Source: an uncultured bacterium
Lineage (GTDB): Bacteria; Edwardsbacteria; AC1; EtOH8
Length of the DNA stretch: 64,000 nucleotides
Assembly (NCBI GenBank): GCA_963780225.1
Contig: CAWAAX010000006.1
Location: forward strand, 128,001 to 192,000
Direction: 5' to 3'
Below are positions 19,852 through 30,086 of the stretch, in pieces (position 1 is the stretch's first letter; the number at the start of each line of letters is the position of its first letter). The notes under the pieces are model-generated. The model made no database searches. It was not told where the DNA came from and saw only the letters and a list, made by a program, of their open reading frames with translations. The translations under genes and the position numbers were made by a program.

Positions 19852-20445
19852 ATGTCTTTAATCAACTACTCATACAAAGAGATTACTTGTAAGATTGTTT
19901 ATTACGGGCCGGGGCGCTGCGGCAAGACCACCAATCTTCAGTATATCTATGGCAAGATCCCAGACGAAAAGCGGAGCTCCATGGTCAGCCTGGCCACCGA
20001 AAAGGACCGCACCCTGTTTTTCGATTTTTTACCGCTGGAGTTGGGGACCATAGCCGGTTACAAAACCAGGGTCCAGCTTTACACTGTGCCTGGTCAGGTA
20101 TTTTACAACTCCACCCGCAAATTAGTGCTACAGGGCTCGGATGGCGTGGTTTTTGTGGCCGATTCTCAGGTCGATCTGTGGCAGGAAAACCAAGAGAGCC
20201 TGCAGAACCTGAGGGACAATCTCTCCGGACTGGGGATGGATCTTTATAAAATCCCACTGGTAATGCAGTACAACAAACGGGACCTGCCCAACATCATGTC
20301 GGTAGCCGACCTGAACACCGGACTCAATTTCAGGCGGGCCCACCATTTCGAAGCAGTAGCTACCACCGGGGTAGGGGTCTTTGATACATTAAAGACCATC
20401 AGCGCTTTGGTTTTGCAGTCTCTTTCTGCCAAATATAAAAAGTAA
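19852..20445 (+). CDS. mglA: MglA small Ras-like GTPase
   Basis: KIVYYGPGRCGKTTNL, DRTLFFDF, LYTVPGQ, YNKRD, EAVA. Confidence 0.95.
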   Translation: MSLINYSYKEITCKIVYYGPGRCGKTTNLQYIYGKIPDEKRSSMVSLATEKDRTLFFDFLPLELGTIAGYKTRVQLYTVPGQVFYNSTRKLVLQGSDGVVFVADSQVDLWQENQESLQNLRDNLSGLGMDLYKIPLVMQYNKRDLPNIMSVADLNTGLNFRRAHHFEAVATTGVGVFDTLKTISALVLQSLSAKYKK

Positions 20446-20571
20446 AAACAGTATCCGGGAAGGCTCATCTCTAAAGAATGGAAACACGGCAGAATGATTT
20501 ATCGGCCCTCTTAGTTATTTATACTTACTGGCAACATCAAATCACCTCCAACCGCCATAGCCAAAATACCA

Positions 20572-21960
20572 ATGGATAAAAATAGTTCTGAAATAATCGA
20601 GACCAACTACGTCTTTCACAACTTCTTTATCGGGCCCAACAACCGCCTGGCATTTTCTGCTGCCCTGAAGGTATCAGAGGAACCTGGGAGGATCTACAAT
20701 CCTCTGGTGATCTACGGCGGAGTGGGCCTGGGAAAGACCCACCTGCTACATGCGGTAGGTAATGCCGTGGCCCTGTCTCATCCGGAATATAAAATTGAAA
20801 TCCTGGCCGGAAGCCAGCTGGTGGTGGGCGATTTGGCCCGGGCCGAGCAGTCCGACCTGCTGTTGTTTGACGATCTCCACCTAGGCCTGCACCAGCGCGA
20901 TGTCCAGGCAAGATTGTTGCCTCTGTTTGACCGGATGATAGGCTCGGGGCGGCAGATTGTAATCACCACTGACATGCATCCCCAGAAAATAGAAGCACTG
21001 GACCCCAAACTACTTTCCCGGCTTTTAGGAGGGGTGTTTGTGGTACTAAAGGAGATAGAACTTAGGGAAAAGGGGTTAATCCTTTATAAAAAAGCCGAGG
21101 CCCGCGGGCAAATTCTGCCTGAAGACGTTTTACATCTGATCGCTTCCCGGGTCTCTTCCAATATCCGGGAGATAGAGGGAGCCTTGAACCGGGTATTGCT
21201 GTATTCTTCACTGATGGAGGGCCCGGTTACCAAAGATACGGTGGATGAAGCATTGCCCCCGGCGGTTTCGGCCGAGGTACAGCCGGAACCGGAATCGGCA
21301 GAGGCCGCTAAAGAACCAGCGGCCAAACCAGAAGGTGAGTTCGGGGCGTTTGTGTCCGGGTTGGATGACCGGATGCTGAATATGTTAACGGAACAACAGG
21401 ATACTGAAAAGATCCGGCGGGAATATAAAGAGAAGATTTACATCTGGAAGATGAAGGGCTTTAACACTATCTCGGTGGAACTGTCATTGGATAAGGATAT
21501 TTCAGTCTTGTCTTCGGAATACGATAAATACACGGTCAATGTAGAACGGCTGATTGACTTGCAACAGCAGTTTGGACAGATGGCCGCCAAGTCAACCCCG
21601 GAAGAAATATCCCAGATCGAGTCGGTATTGTTTGATCCTGAACAAACAGATAAATTGGAGCAATTGGTTAAAAGCCTTTCCCAAAGATTAAGCGGAGGTA
21701 ACAGCAAAACTTTGCCGCAAACAGAGGCGGCGGTGACAACTTCGCCGTTGGATCCCCCTAAACCAGAATCGCCAGAACTGCCAGTCCAGCCTGCTATTCT
21801 CATAACTAAACCGGTCCCGGAAATAAAAACAGAACATCAGGCTGTAAAATTACCGGAGTCCGTAGCCCAATCCAAACCGGACGATATTTTAGCGGAAAAG
21901 GCCGGTATCATTGAAGAAAGCTGGCCCTGGTTGGCCGACAGACTGATGGAAGAATTTTAA
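20572..21960 (+). CDS. DnaA/Hda-like AAA+ ATPase with an unrelated C-terminal half
   Basis: YVFHNFFIGPNNRLA, YNPLVIYGGVGLGKTHLL, LLFDD, LLSRL, SNIREIEGALNR. No domain I and no domain IV. Confidence 0.85.
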   Translation: MDKNSSEIIETNYVFHNFFIGPNNRLAFSAALKVSEEPGRIYNPLVIYGGVGLGKTHLLHAVGNAVALSHPEYKIEILAGSQLVVGDLARAEQSDLLLFDDLHLGLHQRDVQARLLPLFDRMIGSGRQIVITTDMHPQKIEALDPKLLSRLLGGVFVVLKEIELREKGLILYKKAEARGQILPEDVLHLIASRVSSNIREIEGALNRVLLYSSLMEGPVTKDTVDEALPPAVSAEVQPEPESAEAAKEPAAKPEGEFGAFVSGLDDRMLNMLTEQQDTEKIRREYKEKIYIWKMKGFNTISVELSLDKDISVLSSEYDKYTVNVERLIDLQQQFGQMAAKSTPEEISQIESVLFDPEQTDKLEQLVKSLSQRLSGGNSKTLPQTEAAVTTSPLDPPKPESPELPVQPAILITKPVPEIKTEHQAVKLPESVAQSKPDDILAEKAGIIEESWPWLADRLMEEF

Positions 21961-22030
21961 TGACTCTTCAGTCAATAAGACATTAAGACACAAAACCATA
22001 TTTTTAGACTAGTGCCCAAAAGGAAAGGGG

Positions 22031-22254
22031 ATTTATCCGCCTACGCAGAACACCGCCCCGATATATCGGGGCGGATGAATGCGCAAATAAAAGATGCTTC
22101 CACCTACGCTAATGCTGCGGCGGACAGGTCGGTGGATGTCGCTGATTACACAAGTCGGATAGCCCCGCCCTGGGCGGGGTAACCTAAGGTTTGGTACTAC
22201 GCCTACGTACCTCTACTCCGGCGCACAAGCACTGCTATGCCCGTGGGGCTCCAT
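22031..22254. mobile_element. Non-autonomous palindromic element (IS200/IS605 PATE-like), copy 1, with two nested insertions
   Basis: Shares ATTTATCCGCCTACGCAGAACACC...GGATGAATGCG and GCTATGCCCGTGGGGCTCCAT ends with 61438-61599; subterminal hairpins. Confidence 0.7.
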
Positions 22255-22415
22255 AATAAGCCTGTTCGCCACCAATCGGAATGTTACTGGGGGGATACTG
22301 GGCCAAAGAAAACATAACTTATTGAAAATTGATTAAAAGAATTATTATCTAATTTATAAACCTGGCGACTCGACGACCGAGTAATTACAAACTTGAAATT
22401 CATTATTTTAACCAA

Positions 22416-24023
22416 ATGGCGATAAAAGGATCCTTTAAGGAAATAAGCCTGCCCGATGTGCTTCAGTTGTTATCGGTGGGACGCAAGACAGGTTGTCTGA
22501 AGGTTACCGACGGCAAGAATTTTGGCAGCATATATTTCAATGATGGAAAGATATGCTACAGCAACTTGCTGAACCGTCCCGACCGCCTGGGCGACCGTCT
22601 GCTGTCCCGGGGTTTCATCACCAATTCCCAGCTGGAGGAGGCCCTGAAATATCAGCAGACCGACCCGGACGGCCGGCGGCTGGGCGACATTTTGATCCAT
22701 CTGGGGCTGTTGACCAAGCAGGATCTGGAGTCCGATGTTTCCCGGCAGATCTCCGATGCCATATTTTACCTGCTGCGCTGGACGGAGGGGGATTTCTTTT
22801 TTGAGCCGGATACTGCGCCCACCGAAGAGACCATTACCGTTTCGTTGGATGTATTGAACCTGCTGCTGGAAGAAGCCCGCCGGATCGATGAATGGAAAAA
22901 TCTGGAGGCCAAGCTTCCGGGGAGTCAGATTGTGCTGGAAAAGCTTGTTATAGAAAGCTCCCAGCAGGTGGAGATGGAGCTGAACGAGGAAGAACGTCAG
23001 GTAATGCAGCTGATTGACGGTCGACGTACCATGGGCGAAGTGATGGAAGCTTCTTCACTGGGGGAATTTTTAACCTCCAAGATCATTTATGGTTTGCTGA
23101 GGGCGGGACTGGTAAAACGGGGCAACGAGCGGGCCCGGGCCGCGGCCGGAGCCGGGATTGGCGATGCCGACGAACATCGTAATCTGGGAATTGCTTTTTA
23201 TAAGACTCAGATGTACGAAGAAGCTTACCGGGAATACCGGAGGATAGTGGAGATCAATCCGGATGAAGCTGATGCCCGTTTCTATCTGGGCCTGATCCAT
23301 TTCCGTAAGGCAGAATATGCCGAGGCCGCCACCGAATTTCTGGAGACCATTGCTATTGAACCCAAAAAAGCCTGTAGTTACAATAATTTGGGCCTGGCCC
23401 TGGAAGCCATGGGAGAATACGATGATGCCACCCGCCAATATAAAAAAGCAGTAGAGATCGAGCCGGAAAGTCTGACGCCAAAACTTAACCTGGCCTACCT
23501 GGCCTGCCGCAAAAAGGAGTGGAGTTCTGCCCAGGATCAGTTGTTGCTGCTGGAACAACAGGGAAAGAAAATACTGTTGGGAAGTTTTCTGCTGGGGCTG
23601 GCGGCTTTTCGCAGCAGCCAGTGGGATTCGGCCTTAGAATACTGGCAGGAATGTTCTAGTGGCGGCCAAATCAATCCAGCCTCCGAAAACAATATCGCCG
23701 CCATCTGGCAGGCCCGAGGCCAGGTGGAAGAGTCCGAACGTCATTATCAAGCCGCCCTGAAGGTCTCTCCGGAAAACAGGTCTCTACTCCACAATCTTTC
23801 CGAGCTTTATTATCGCAACAGTCTCTGGTCTCAGGCGGTGGATGTGCTTTCCCGGGTGGCCGACATGGGCTTGGCCGATGTTCAGCAGCTTTATAAATTG
23901 GGGAATTTGTGCCTTAAACAAGGGCAAAAAGATAACGCAGTAAAATGGTGGAAAAAGGCGCTGGAGCTGGATCCCTCAAATCAGATGATCAAGCGCAATC
24001 TTGATCTGGCCGAAAAAAAATGA
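22416..24023 (+). CDS. DUF4388 + tandem MshEN + TPR protein
   Basis: MAIKGSFKEISLPDVLQLL...KTG, RLGDRLLSRGFI...Q and RLGDILIHLGLL...Q, LEEARRIDEW, many TPRs. Confidence 0.87.
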   Translation: MAIKGSFKEISLPDVLQLLSVGRKTGCLKVTDGKNFGSIYFNDGKICYSNLLNRPDRLGDRLLSRGFITNSQLEEALKYQQTDPDGRRLGDILIHLGLLTKQDLESDVSRQISDAIFYLLRWTEGDFFFEPDTAPTEETITVSLDVLNLLLEEARRIDEWKNLEAKLPGSQIVLEKLVIESSQQVEMELNEEERQVMQLIDGRRTMGEVMEASSLGEFLTSKIIYGLLRAGLVKRGNERARAAAGAGIGDADEHRNLGIAFYKTQMYEEAYREYRRIVEINPDEADARFYLGLIHFRKAEYAEAATEFLETIAIEPKKACSYNNLGLALEAMGEYDDATRQYKKAVEIEPESLTPKLNLAYLACRKKEWSSAQDQLLLLEQQGKKILLGSFLLGLAAFRSSQWDSALEYWQECSSGGQINPASENNIAAIWQARGQVEESERHYQAALKVSPENRSLLHNLSELYYRNSLWSQAVDVLSRVADMGLADVQQLYKLGNLCLKQGQKDNAVKWWKKALELDPSNQMIKRNLDLAEKK

Positions 24024-24844
24024 TATTCAAAGATGCCATCACCGATCCCCAACTGCTGGACCTAGCCAAAATGATCAATGCTGATACCGGCTTTGATATT
24101 CTGCAGTATAAGGAACGGCCTTTAAAAAGGCGGTTGGCTGTTAGATTAAGGGCCTGCCAGCTCAGCTCTTACCAGGAATACGCCCAAAGGCTGGCCCAGG
24201 ATAAGTCCGAATACCCCAAACTTCTGGATGCCCTGACCATCAATGTTACCAATTTTTACCGCAATCCCGAAACTTTTAAAGCAGTTTCGTCCCTGGTGCT
24301 GCCATCGTTATTGGCCCAACCCGAACAGAGCCGTCCCCTGACAATTTGGAGCGCCGGATGTTCTTCGGGTGAAGAGCCATACAGCTTGGCTATTTTGTGG
24401 CGGGAATTTGCCGGCAGGATTGGCGTTCATCGCCCCTGCCGGATCATTGCCACCGATATTGACCAGCAAAGCATGGAGAAAGCAAGGCGAGGGATTTATG
24501 ATCATAACAGCATGAACGAGATACCTCCCGAACTGATAAATAAATATTTTAATGTATCATCCAAATATTTTATCCTGACCGAGGACATCAAGCGGATGGT
24601 GGAGTACCGGCACTTTGATCTGCTGGAACCCTCACCATTCTCGGGTTTGGACCTGATATTTTGCCGCAATGTGCTGATCTATTTTTCACGGCAGGCCCAG
24701 GAATATATTTTTGATAGTTTCAAAAAAAGCCTGAGGCCTGGGGGCTTCCTGGTGCTGGGCAAGGTGGAGACACTATTCGGTCAGGCAAAAGAATATTTTA
24801 CTACTTTTGATCTCAAAGAACGGGTTTATAAACTTAACGGATAA
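24020..24844 (+). CDS. cheR: CheR methyltransferase
   Basis: LTINVTNFYRN, IWSAGCSSGEEPYS, DLIFCRNVLIYF. Confidence 0.96.
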   Translation: MIFKDAITDPQLLDLAKMINADTGFDILQYKERPLKRRLAVRLRACQLSSYQEYAQRLAQDKSEYPKLLDALTINVTNFYRNPETFKAVSSLVLPSLLAQPEQSRPLTIWSAGCSSGEEPYSLAILWREFAGRIGVHRPCRIIATDIDQQSMEKARRGIYDHNSMNEIPPELINKYFNVSSKYFILTEDIKRMVEYRHFDLLEPSPFSGLDLIFCRNVLIYFSRQAQEYIFDSFKKSLRPGGFLVLGKVETLFGQAKEYFTTFDLKERVYKLNG

Positions 24845-24861
24845 ATGCGGTTATAAATAAA

Positions 24862-25356
24862 TTGTCTAACGAAGTTATAGTTAAAATAGCAGAACTGCGG
24901 GTGGAGCGGGAACCGGTCATCATTACCACTCATGGGCTGGGTTCTTGTTTGGCCATCATGCTGTATGATCCAGAGGCCCAAATAGGAGGACTGGCTCATG
25001 TGATGTTGCCGTTGCCGGAGCTGAGCCGGCTAAAGGCCCAGCCTGGCAAGTGCCCCCAGAGCGCCGTAGAACTGATGCTGCAACAGATGGAGGCATTGGG
25101 ATGCAGGCGGGACCGGATCAAGGCCAAGTTGGCCGGTGGTTCCACTATGTTCGCCGGTTTGCTTTTAAACCACAGGAACGGCGGCGTCAATATCGGCCCG
25201 CGGAATGCCCAAGAGGCCAAGCGGGTGCTGAATTCTTTGAACATTCCCATCACGGCCGAGGATATCGGCGGTGATTACGGCCGCACGGTGGAATTCATAC
25301 TTTCCACGGGCACAGTGCTGGTCCGTTCTTTTAAGGCTGGTCTTAAGGAAATATAA
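24862..25356 (+). CDS. cheD: CheD receptor deamidase (TTG start)
   Basis: GLGSC, GGLAHVMLP, AKLAGG, IGPRN, EDIGGDYGR. Confidence 0.94.
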   Translation: MSNEVIVKIAELRVEREPVIITTHGLGSCLAIMLYDPEAQIGGLAHVMLPLPELSRLKAQPGKCPQSAVELMLQQMEALGCRRDRIKAKLAGGSTMFAGLLLNHRNGGVNIGPRNAQEAKRVLNSLNIPITAEDIGGDYGRTVEFILSTGTVLVRSFKAGLKEI

Positions 25357-25431
25357 CCTGGATCTGTTTTATCTAAAATTTTACTACATCAGAATGATTA
25401 ACCTTCAATAAAACCTAAACATGCGGCTAAA

Positions 25432-26481
25432 ATGATGGCTTCTGGGAAAAATATACGGGTACTGGTGGTTGACGATTCTGCCTTAATGCGGAAAATGGTG
25501 GGCGACATAATATCCGGCACTCCGGGACTGGAAATGGCTGGTACTGCCAATGATGGTTTGGAGTGCCTGGACCAGGTTAAGAAGCTGAGGCCCGACGTAG
25601 TGACCTTGGATATAGAGATGCCTAATATGGACGGACTGAAGGCATTGGCAAGGCTGATGAGCGAGACTCCGGTGGCAGTTATAATTCTCTCCGCTCATGC
25701 GGTAGAAGGGACGGAGGCAACCTTGCTGGCTCTGGAACTGGGGGCGGTTGATTTCATTACCAAACCATCGGGATCCATCTCTTTGGACATAGAAAAGGTC
25801 CGGCAGCAGTTGGTGGAAAAGGTATTCATGGCGGCCGGGGTGGATCTGGAAAAATTAAAGAACCAGCGCCAGAAGAAAACCGAGCCGGCGGCTATTTATA
25901 CCCCGTCCCTGGCCAAGGGCCAAAAGATTGTGGCCATAGGTTCATCCACTGGCGGCACCCGGGCTCTGGCAGAGATCATCCCAAAACTTCCCGGGAACCT
26001 TAACGCCGGATTGATACTGATTCAGCATATGCCAGTAGGTTTTACCAAGTCCCTAGCCGAAAGACTTTCTTCCCGCAGCCGCATCATGGTCCAGGAAGCC
26101 AGGGAGGGCGACATCGTCAAGCCTGGTTTGGCCCTTTTGGTGCCAGCCGATTATCATCTGACCGTGGACTCATCTGGCCACAATGTCCGGCTTAACCAGG
26201 ACCATCCCCGTTTTGGAGTGCGCCCATCGGTGGACGTTACCATGGAATCTCTGGCGGCCAACGCCAAAGTGCCGGTAGTGGGCGTGATTCTGACCGGGAT
26301 GGGGCATGACGGGGCCAACGGAATGGCGGCCATCAAAAGGCAAGGCGGGCATACCATCGCCGAGGACCGCACTACCTGCGTGGTGTTCGGAATGCCTAAA
26401 TCGGCAATAGAGACGGGAATGGTGGACCTGGTGTTACCTCTGGACCAGATACCGGGGGCTATAATTGCGGCCTGTTCTTGA
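25432..26481 (+). CDS. cheB: CheB methylesterase with receiver domain
   Basis: VLVVDDS, GSSTGG, QHMP, GVILTGMGHDG. Confidence 0.96.
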   Translation: MMASGKNIRVLVVDDSALMRKMVGDIISGTPGLEMAGTANDGLECLDQVKKLRPDVVTLDIEMPNMDGLKALARLMSETPVAVIILSAHAVEGTEATLLALELGAVDFITKPSGSISLDIEKVRQQLVEKVFMAAGVDLEKLKNQRQKKTEPAAIYTPSLAKGQKIVAIGSSTGGTRALAEIIPKLPGNLNAGLILIQHMPVGFTKSLAERLSSRSRIMVQEAREGDIVKPGLALLVPADYHLTVDSSGHNVRLNQDHPRFGVRPSVDVTMESLAANAKVPVVGVILTGMGHDGANGMAAIKRQGGHTIAEDRTTCVVFGMPKSAIETGMVDLVLPLDQIPGAIIAACS

Positions 26482-26488
26482 AATTATT

Positions 26489-26617
26489 GTAACTATTCAG
26501 CCACCTGCGCCAGTTAAGAAAAGTAGTTTATCTTTTATTCCCTTTCGATTTAACTCAGGGCATGCTTTATGCGGCTAACCCCGGTAAATGCTGGTTTAAG
26601 TATGGCTGAATAGTTGC
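26489..26617. mobile_element. 129-bp MITE with 15-bp terminal inverted repeats and 8-bp target-site duplication
   Basis: GTAACTATTCAGCCA ... TGGCTGAATAGTTGC, flanked on both sides by AAATTATT (26481-26488 and 26618-26625). Confidence 0.85.
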
Positions 26618-26643
26618 AAATTATTTGAAAAGGGGAAGCTAAA

Positions 26644-27498
26644 ATGCCGGTGCTGGAAGATATCGTAAAAGATTACCAGGACAAAATCGCGGTCCTCAAA
26701 GAGCGGCTTAAAGTTCCCGAGGCCAAGGATCAGGAGGGGCAGATGGAACGGGAAATCCGCGAATTATATAAAGATATAGCCATAGCCCTGAAGCACCTGT
26801 TAAGCCTGCAGGATTCGGTCAAATCGCTGATCTCGGTCTATAAAGCGGCCTCGGTCAGCGACGATCAGTCCAAACTGCTGATCCGGTCCTTCGTGGAGAC
26901 CATGCGCACCGACAGTTTGGGGAGTTCTACCTATGTGGCCGAAGGCTGGAACCAGATCTGCAGCGGGGAATACGAGAAAGCCATCGGCTCGCTTAGTCAC
27001 GCGGTCAAACTAAATCCCACCGACACCAAGGCCATGGGGCTTTTAGGCTGGGCCTACAGTTATCAGGGCAGCTATGATCAGGCTTTGGAGATCTGCCTTA
27101 AAGTCCTGCAACTGGAGCCCAATAACGATGCGGTGCGCAATAATCTGGGTTTTGTTTGCCTTAAAAAACAGATTTACGGTGAGGCCATAGAGCATTTCAG
27201 CCGGGTGCTGAAATCGGGAAAGGACCGGTCGGCAGTGTTGTACTCCCACTATTACATGGGGCTGGTCTACTTAGAAAGACAGATGCTGGATGATGCCATA
27301 TCTTTCTTTTCCAAGGCCACGGTGCTGGGGCCGAACCTGATAGAAGCCTACTACCATCTGGGACGGGCTTATTTTCTTAAAAAAATGCCGGGAGCGGCCA
27401 TCAGGGAATGGGAAAAATGCATCAAGCTCTCGCCCGGTAACTGGTGGGCCAAGGAAGCCCAGGAGCAGATAGACACATTGAAAAGCGAGGAAGCTTAA
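26644..27498 (+). CDS. Coiled-coil + TPR protein
   Basis: Helical N-terminus, then about 5 TPRs (LLGWAYSYQG, NNLGFV, YYMGLVY, YHLGRAY). Confidence 0.85.
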   Translation: MPVLEDIVKDYQDKIAVLKERLKVPEAKDQEGQMEREIRELYKDIAIALKHLLSLQDSVKSLISVYKAASVSDDQSKLLIRSFVETMRTDSLGSSTYVAEGWNQICSGEYEKAIGSLSHAVKLNPTDTKAMGLLGWAYSYQGSYDQALEICLKVLQLEPNNDAVRNNLGFVCLKKQIYGEAIEHFSRVLKSGKDRSAVLYSHYYMGLVYLERQMLDDAISFFSKATVLGPNLIEAYYHLGRAYFLKKMPGAAIREWEKCIKLSPGNWWAKEAQEQIDTLKSEEA

Positions 27499-27501
27499 AA
27501 A

Positions 27502-27927
27502 TTGGATGCAGCTATCAGCAAAGTCCTGATAGTCCGTTCGGGATCCGAGCGCTATGCTCTGGACATGATGACGGTCCAGGAGGTGGTCTATCATCCCGAT
27601 ATAACAATCCTTCCCCAGATCAACGGGTTTATTACCGGAATGTGCCTCTGGCGGGATAAGCAGATACCGGTGGTCGATTTGGGCCTATTCCTGGGGAAGT
27701 CAATGCCGGCTCGCTCCGGCGATATAGTTGTTACAGTTACTTCCGGAAACGAGGCCGGATTGTTAGTAGAAGAGATCGGTCCCATAGTCGAGATTCCCTT
27801 TGATGCTTTTATTCCGGTTGACAAAAATTTAGCCCAGGAACAGGAAAAAGTATTACAGGCTTTTGAACATCAGGGGGAACTGGTATTTATTATAGAGTCC
27901 AAGGCTATGATCAAATATTTTTCCTAA
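27502..27927 (+). CDS. cheW: Second CheW adaptor (TTG start)
   Basis: YALDMMTVQEV, ITGMCLWRDKQIPVVDL, AGLLVEEI. Confidence 0.85.
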   Translation: MDAAISKVLIVRSGSERYALDMMTVQEVVYHPDITILPQINGFITGMCLWRDKQIPVVDLGLFLGKSMPARSGDIVVTVTSGNEAGLLVEEIGPIVEIPFDAFIPVDKNLAQEQEKVLQAFEHQGELVFIIESKAMIKYFS

Positions 27928-28040
27928 TGATTATTGCCAGTGGTGGATTTTTAATAAGGCTGCGATCAGGATAACAAAGTCAGGCCGATGGTTGGATAAA
28001 ATAAATAAAGCAAGCCTAAAAGCGCGGAGATTGATAAATT

Positions 28041-30086
28041 ATGAGTAACAGATCCAAATGGCAAAGCTTATACGCCTGGGCGGTAACGGCCCTGGGCCTG
28101 GTATTGCTGTTCTATATGCTGAAAGGGGGGATTGGCATACCGCTTTGGCTTATGCTGGCCCTTTTGGTAATAGGCACCGGATGCCAGTGGTTTACGGTGG
28201 CCCTGCCCGGCGGGGTGCATATTTCACTGGACCTGGTAATGGTTTATTTCATTTTTTTGGTGTGGGGCCCGGCTCCGGCAACGTTGGTTATTGCTATCGG
28301 CTCGGTCTTTCACCAGATCAGACGGAAAAAGCCATGGCAAAGGGTTTTCTTTATTGGGGCCCAATTCGTAATGGCCACTTTTTTAATGTCCCAGGCTTTT
28401 ATCCTGATGCAGGGCAAGGGTGGGGCTGATGTTTTGGGGTGGTTAAACATCTTAATCTTGCTGGCAGCTTTGCCGGTCTATATTATATTCAACGACTTTA
28501 TGGTGGGGGTCTACCATGTCATCACCGGAGATTTCGGCTGGCCCGAAACCCTTAATATGACCTGGGCTGACCTAAAGATTAATTTGACCCTGGCTCCCAT
28601 CTCCATTCTGGCGGTGTTCCTGTATTCCCGGCTGGGCTGGATAGGCCTCTTGGCCATGCTGGTTCCGACCGTCATCATCGGCTGGTCGGCAATGACGTTG
28701 CTGAAGGCCCAGGCAAAAGAAAACAACATTAGTATCGAATCCAAGCTGATCTCCAGTTTTGCTATCGTGCTTTTTTCGGCCTTGACGGCGGTCACTGGTA
28801 TAATGCTGGTAACCATGTACAATATGCTGACCGGTTTTTTACGGCAGGAACTGCTGGTAAGCGATCAGACCCAGTTTTATGCTAATATCATCACGCCTCT
28901 TTTTCAGAAAATGCTAACTAACGTAGTGGTGCTGTTACTGGTCACATTTTTAGTGGTGATCGTTTTAATCCGGGGCTTGATCCGCCGGATGGTTTCTCAG
29001 CCCATTGGGCAGCTGGGCGATATGCTGAAGGACCTGGCCGAAAGCTCTGCCGATCTGACCCGCCGGGTGCAGTATTCGGCTAATGATGAAATAGGACGGC
29101 TGGGACTTCATTTTAATAGTTTTGCCGCTAAGCTGGAAGAACTGGTTAGTATCGTGATGAACACCGCCAACAACGTGGCCGCCACCTCCGAGGAACTGGC
29201 GGCCTCCACCCAGGAGATGAGCGCTTCACAGCAGGAGATCTCCGCCACTTTGCAGAGGGTTTCCCAAGGATCGGCCACCCAGGTCTCGTCGGTCAAAGAA
29301 ACCAAGGATGCCATTAATGAAATATCCTCTTCGGTCGATGAGGTGAACTTAAGCGCCCAGGAAGCGGCCAAATCGGCCAGCCAGGCTTTAGGCATGGCCT
29401 CGGAAGGCGAACTGGCCATGACTGCCATCACCGAGCAAATGGGGAAGATCGATGATACTATGACCCGGCTGTCTTTCGTGATCGGGGGTCTGGAGAAGAA
29501 AACGGGGGAGATCAGCCAGATCACCGAACTGATCTCGGCGGTAGCCTGGCGCACAAATCTGTTAGCCCTTAATGCGGCCATCGAGGCCGCCCGGGCCGGC
29601 GAATCCGGCCGGGGTTTTGCGGTGGTGGCCGGCGAAGTGAAAAAGCTGGCCGAGCGAACTGCCTCTGCTACCAAGCAGATAGACGGTCTGATCAAGGAGA
29701 TCCAGTCTGAGACCATTCAGACCGTAACCGCCATGCGGGAGGGACTGGTGGAGGTGGGCAATGGCAAACAGCTGGCCGAGAACGGCAATAAAGCATTTTT
29801 CCAGATCATCGAGACGGTAAAAAACTCGTCCGAGGGATCTCTAAAAATATCACAGACCACCGAAGGACAGGTGGAGGGGGCCAAGCGGATCGTGCTGGCC
29901 ATAGAGCAGGTGGAGGCGGTGGCCGAGGAAACGGCTTCGGGCATGGAGCAGACCGCGGCCGCCCATCAGGAACAAATGGCCTCAATGGAGGAGATGACTG
30001 CCAGCGCCCAGGAACTGGCCCGGGCCGCCGAGGAGATGAAACGACTGGTGGGCAACTTTACTGTTAAGGAGGGCCAGAGAAAATGA
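28041..30086 (+). CDS. Methyl-accepting chemotaxis protein with multi-TM input domain and HAMP
   Basis: About 8-10 hydrophobic segments, HAMP (DLTRRV...DEIGRL), [25 protein letters not shown]. Confidence 0.93.
   Translation: MSNRSKWQSLYAWAVTALGLVLLFYMLKGGIGIPLWLMLALLVIGTGCQWFTVALPGGVHISLDLVMVYFIFLVWGPAPATLVIAIGSVFHQIRRKKPWQRVFFIGAQFVMATFLMSQAFILMQGKGGADVLGWLNILILLAALPVYIIFNDFMVGVYHVITGDFGWPETLNMTWADLKINLTLAPISILAVFLYSRLGWIGLLAMLVPTVIIGWSAMTLLKAQAKENNISIESKLISSFAIVLFSALTAVTGIMLVTMYNMLTGFLRQELLVSDQTQFYANIITPLFQKMLTNVVVLLLVTFLVVIVLIRGLIRRMVSQPIGQLGDMLKDLAESSADLTRRVQYSANDEIGRLGLHFNSFAAKLEELVSIVMNTANNVAATSEELAASTQEMSASQQEISATLQRVSQGSATQVSSVKETKDAINEISSSVDEVNLSAQEAAKSASQALGMASEGELAMTAITEQMGKIDDTMTRLSFVIGGLEKKTGEISQITELISAVAWRTNLLALNAAIEAARAGESGRGFAVVAGEVKKLAERTASATKQIDGLIKEIQSETIQTVTAMREGLVEVGNGKQLAENGNKAFFQIIETVKNSSEGSLKISQTTEGQVEGAKRIVLAIEQVEAVAEETASGMEQTAAAHQEQMASMEEMTASAQELARAAEEMKRLVGNFTVKEGQRK

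Noticed and set aside
20572..22415. dnaA and oriC
   Set aside because: The protein lacks domains I and IV, there is no dnaN nearby, I saw no DnaA-box cluster, and the following gap is explained by a repeated element.
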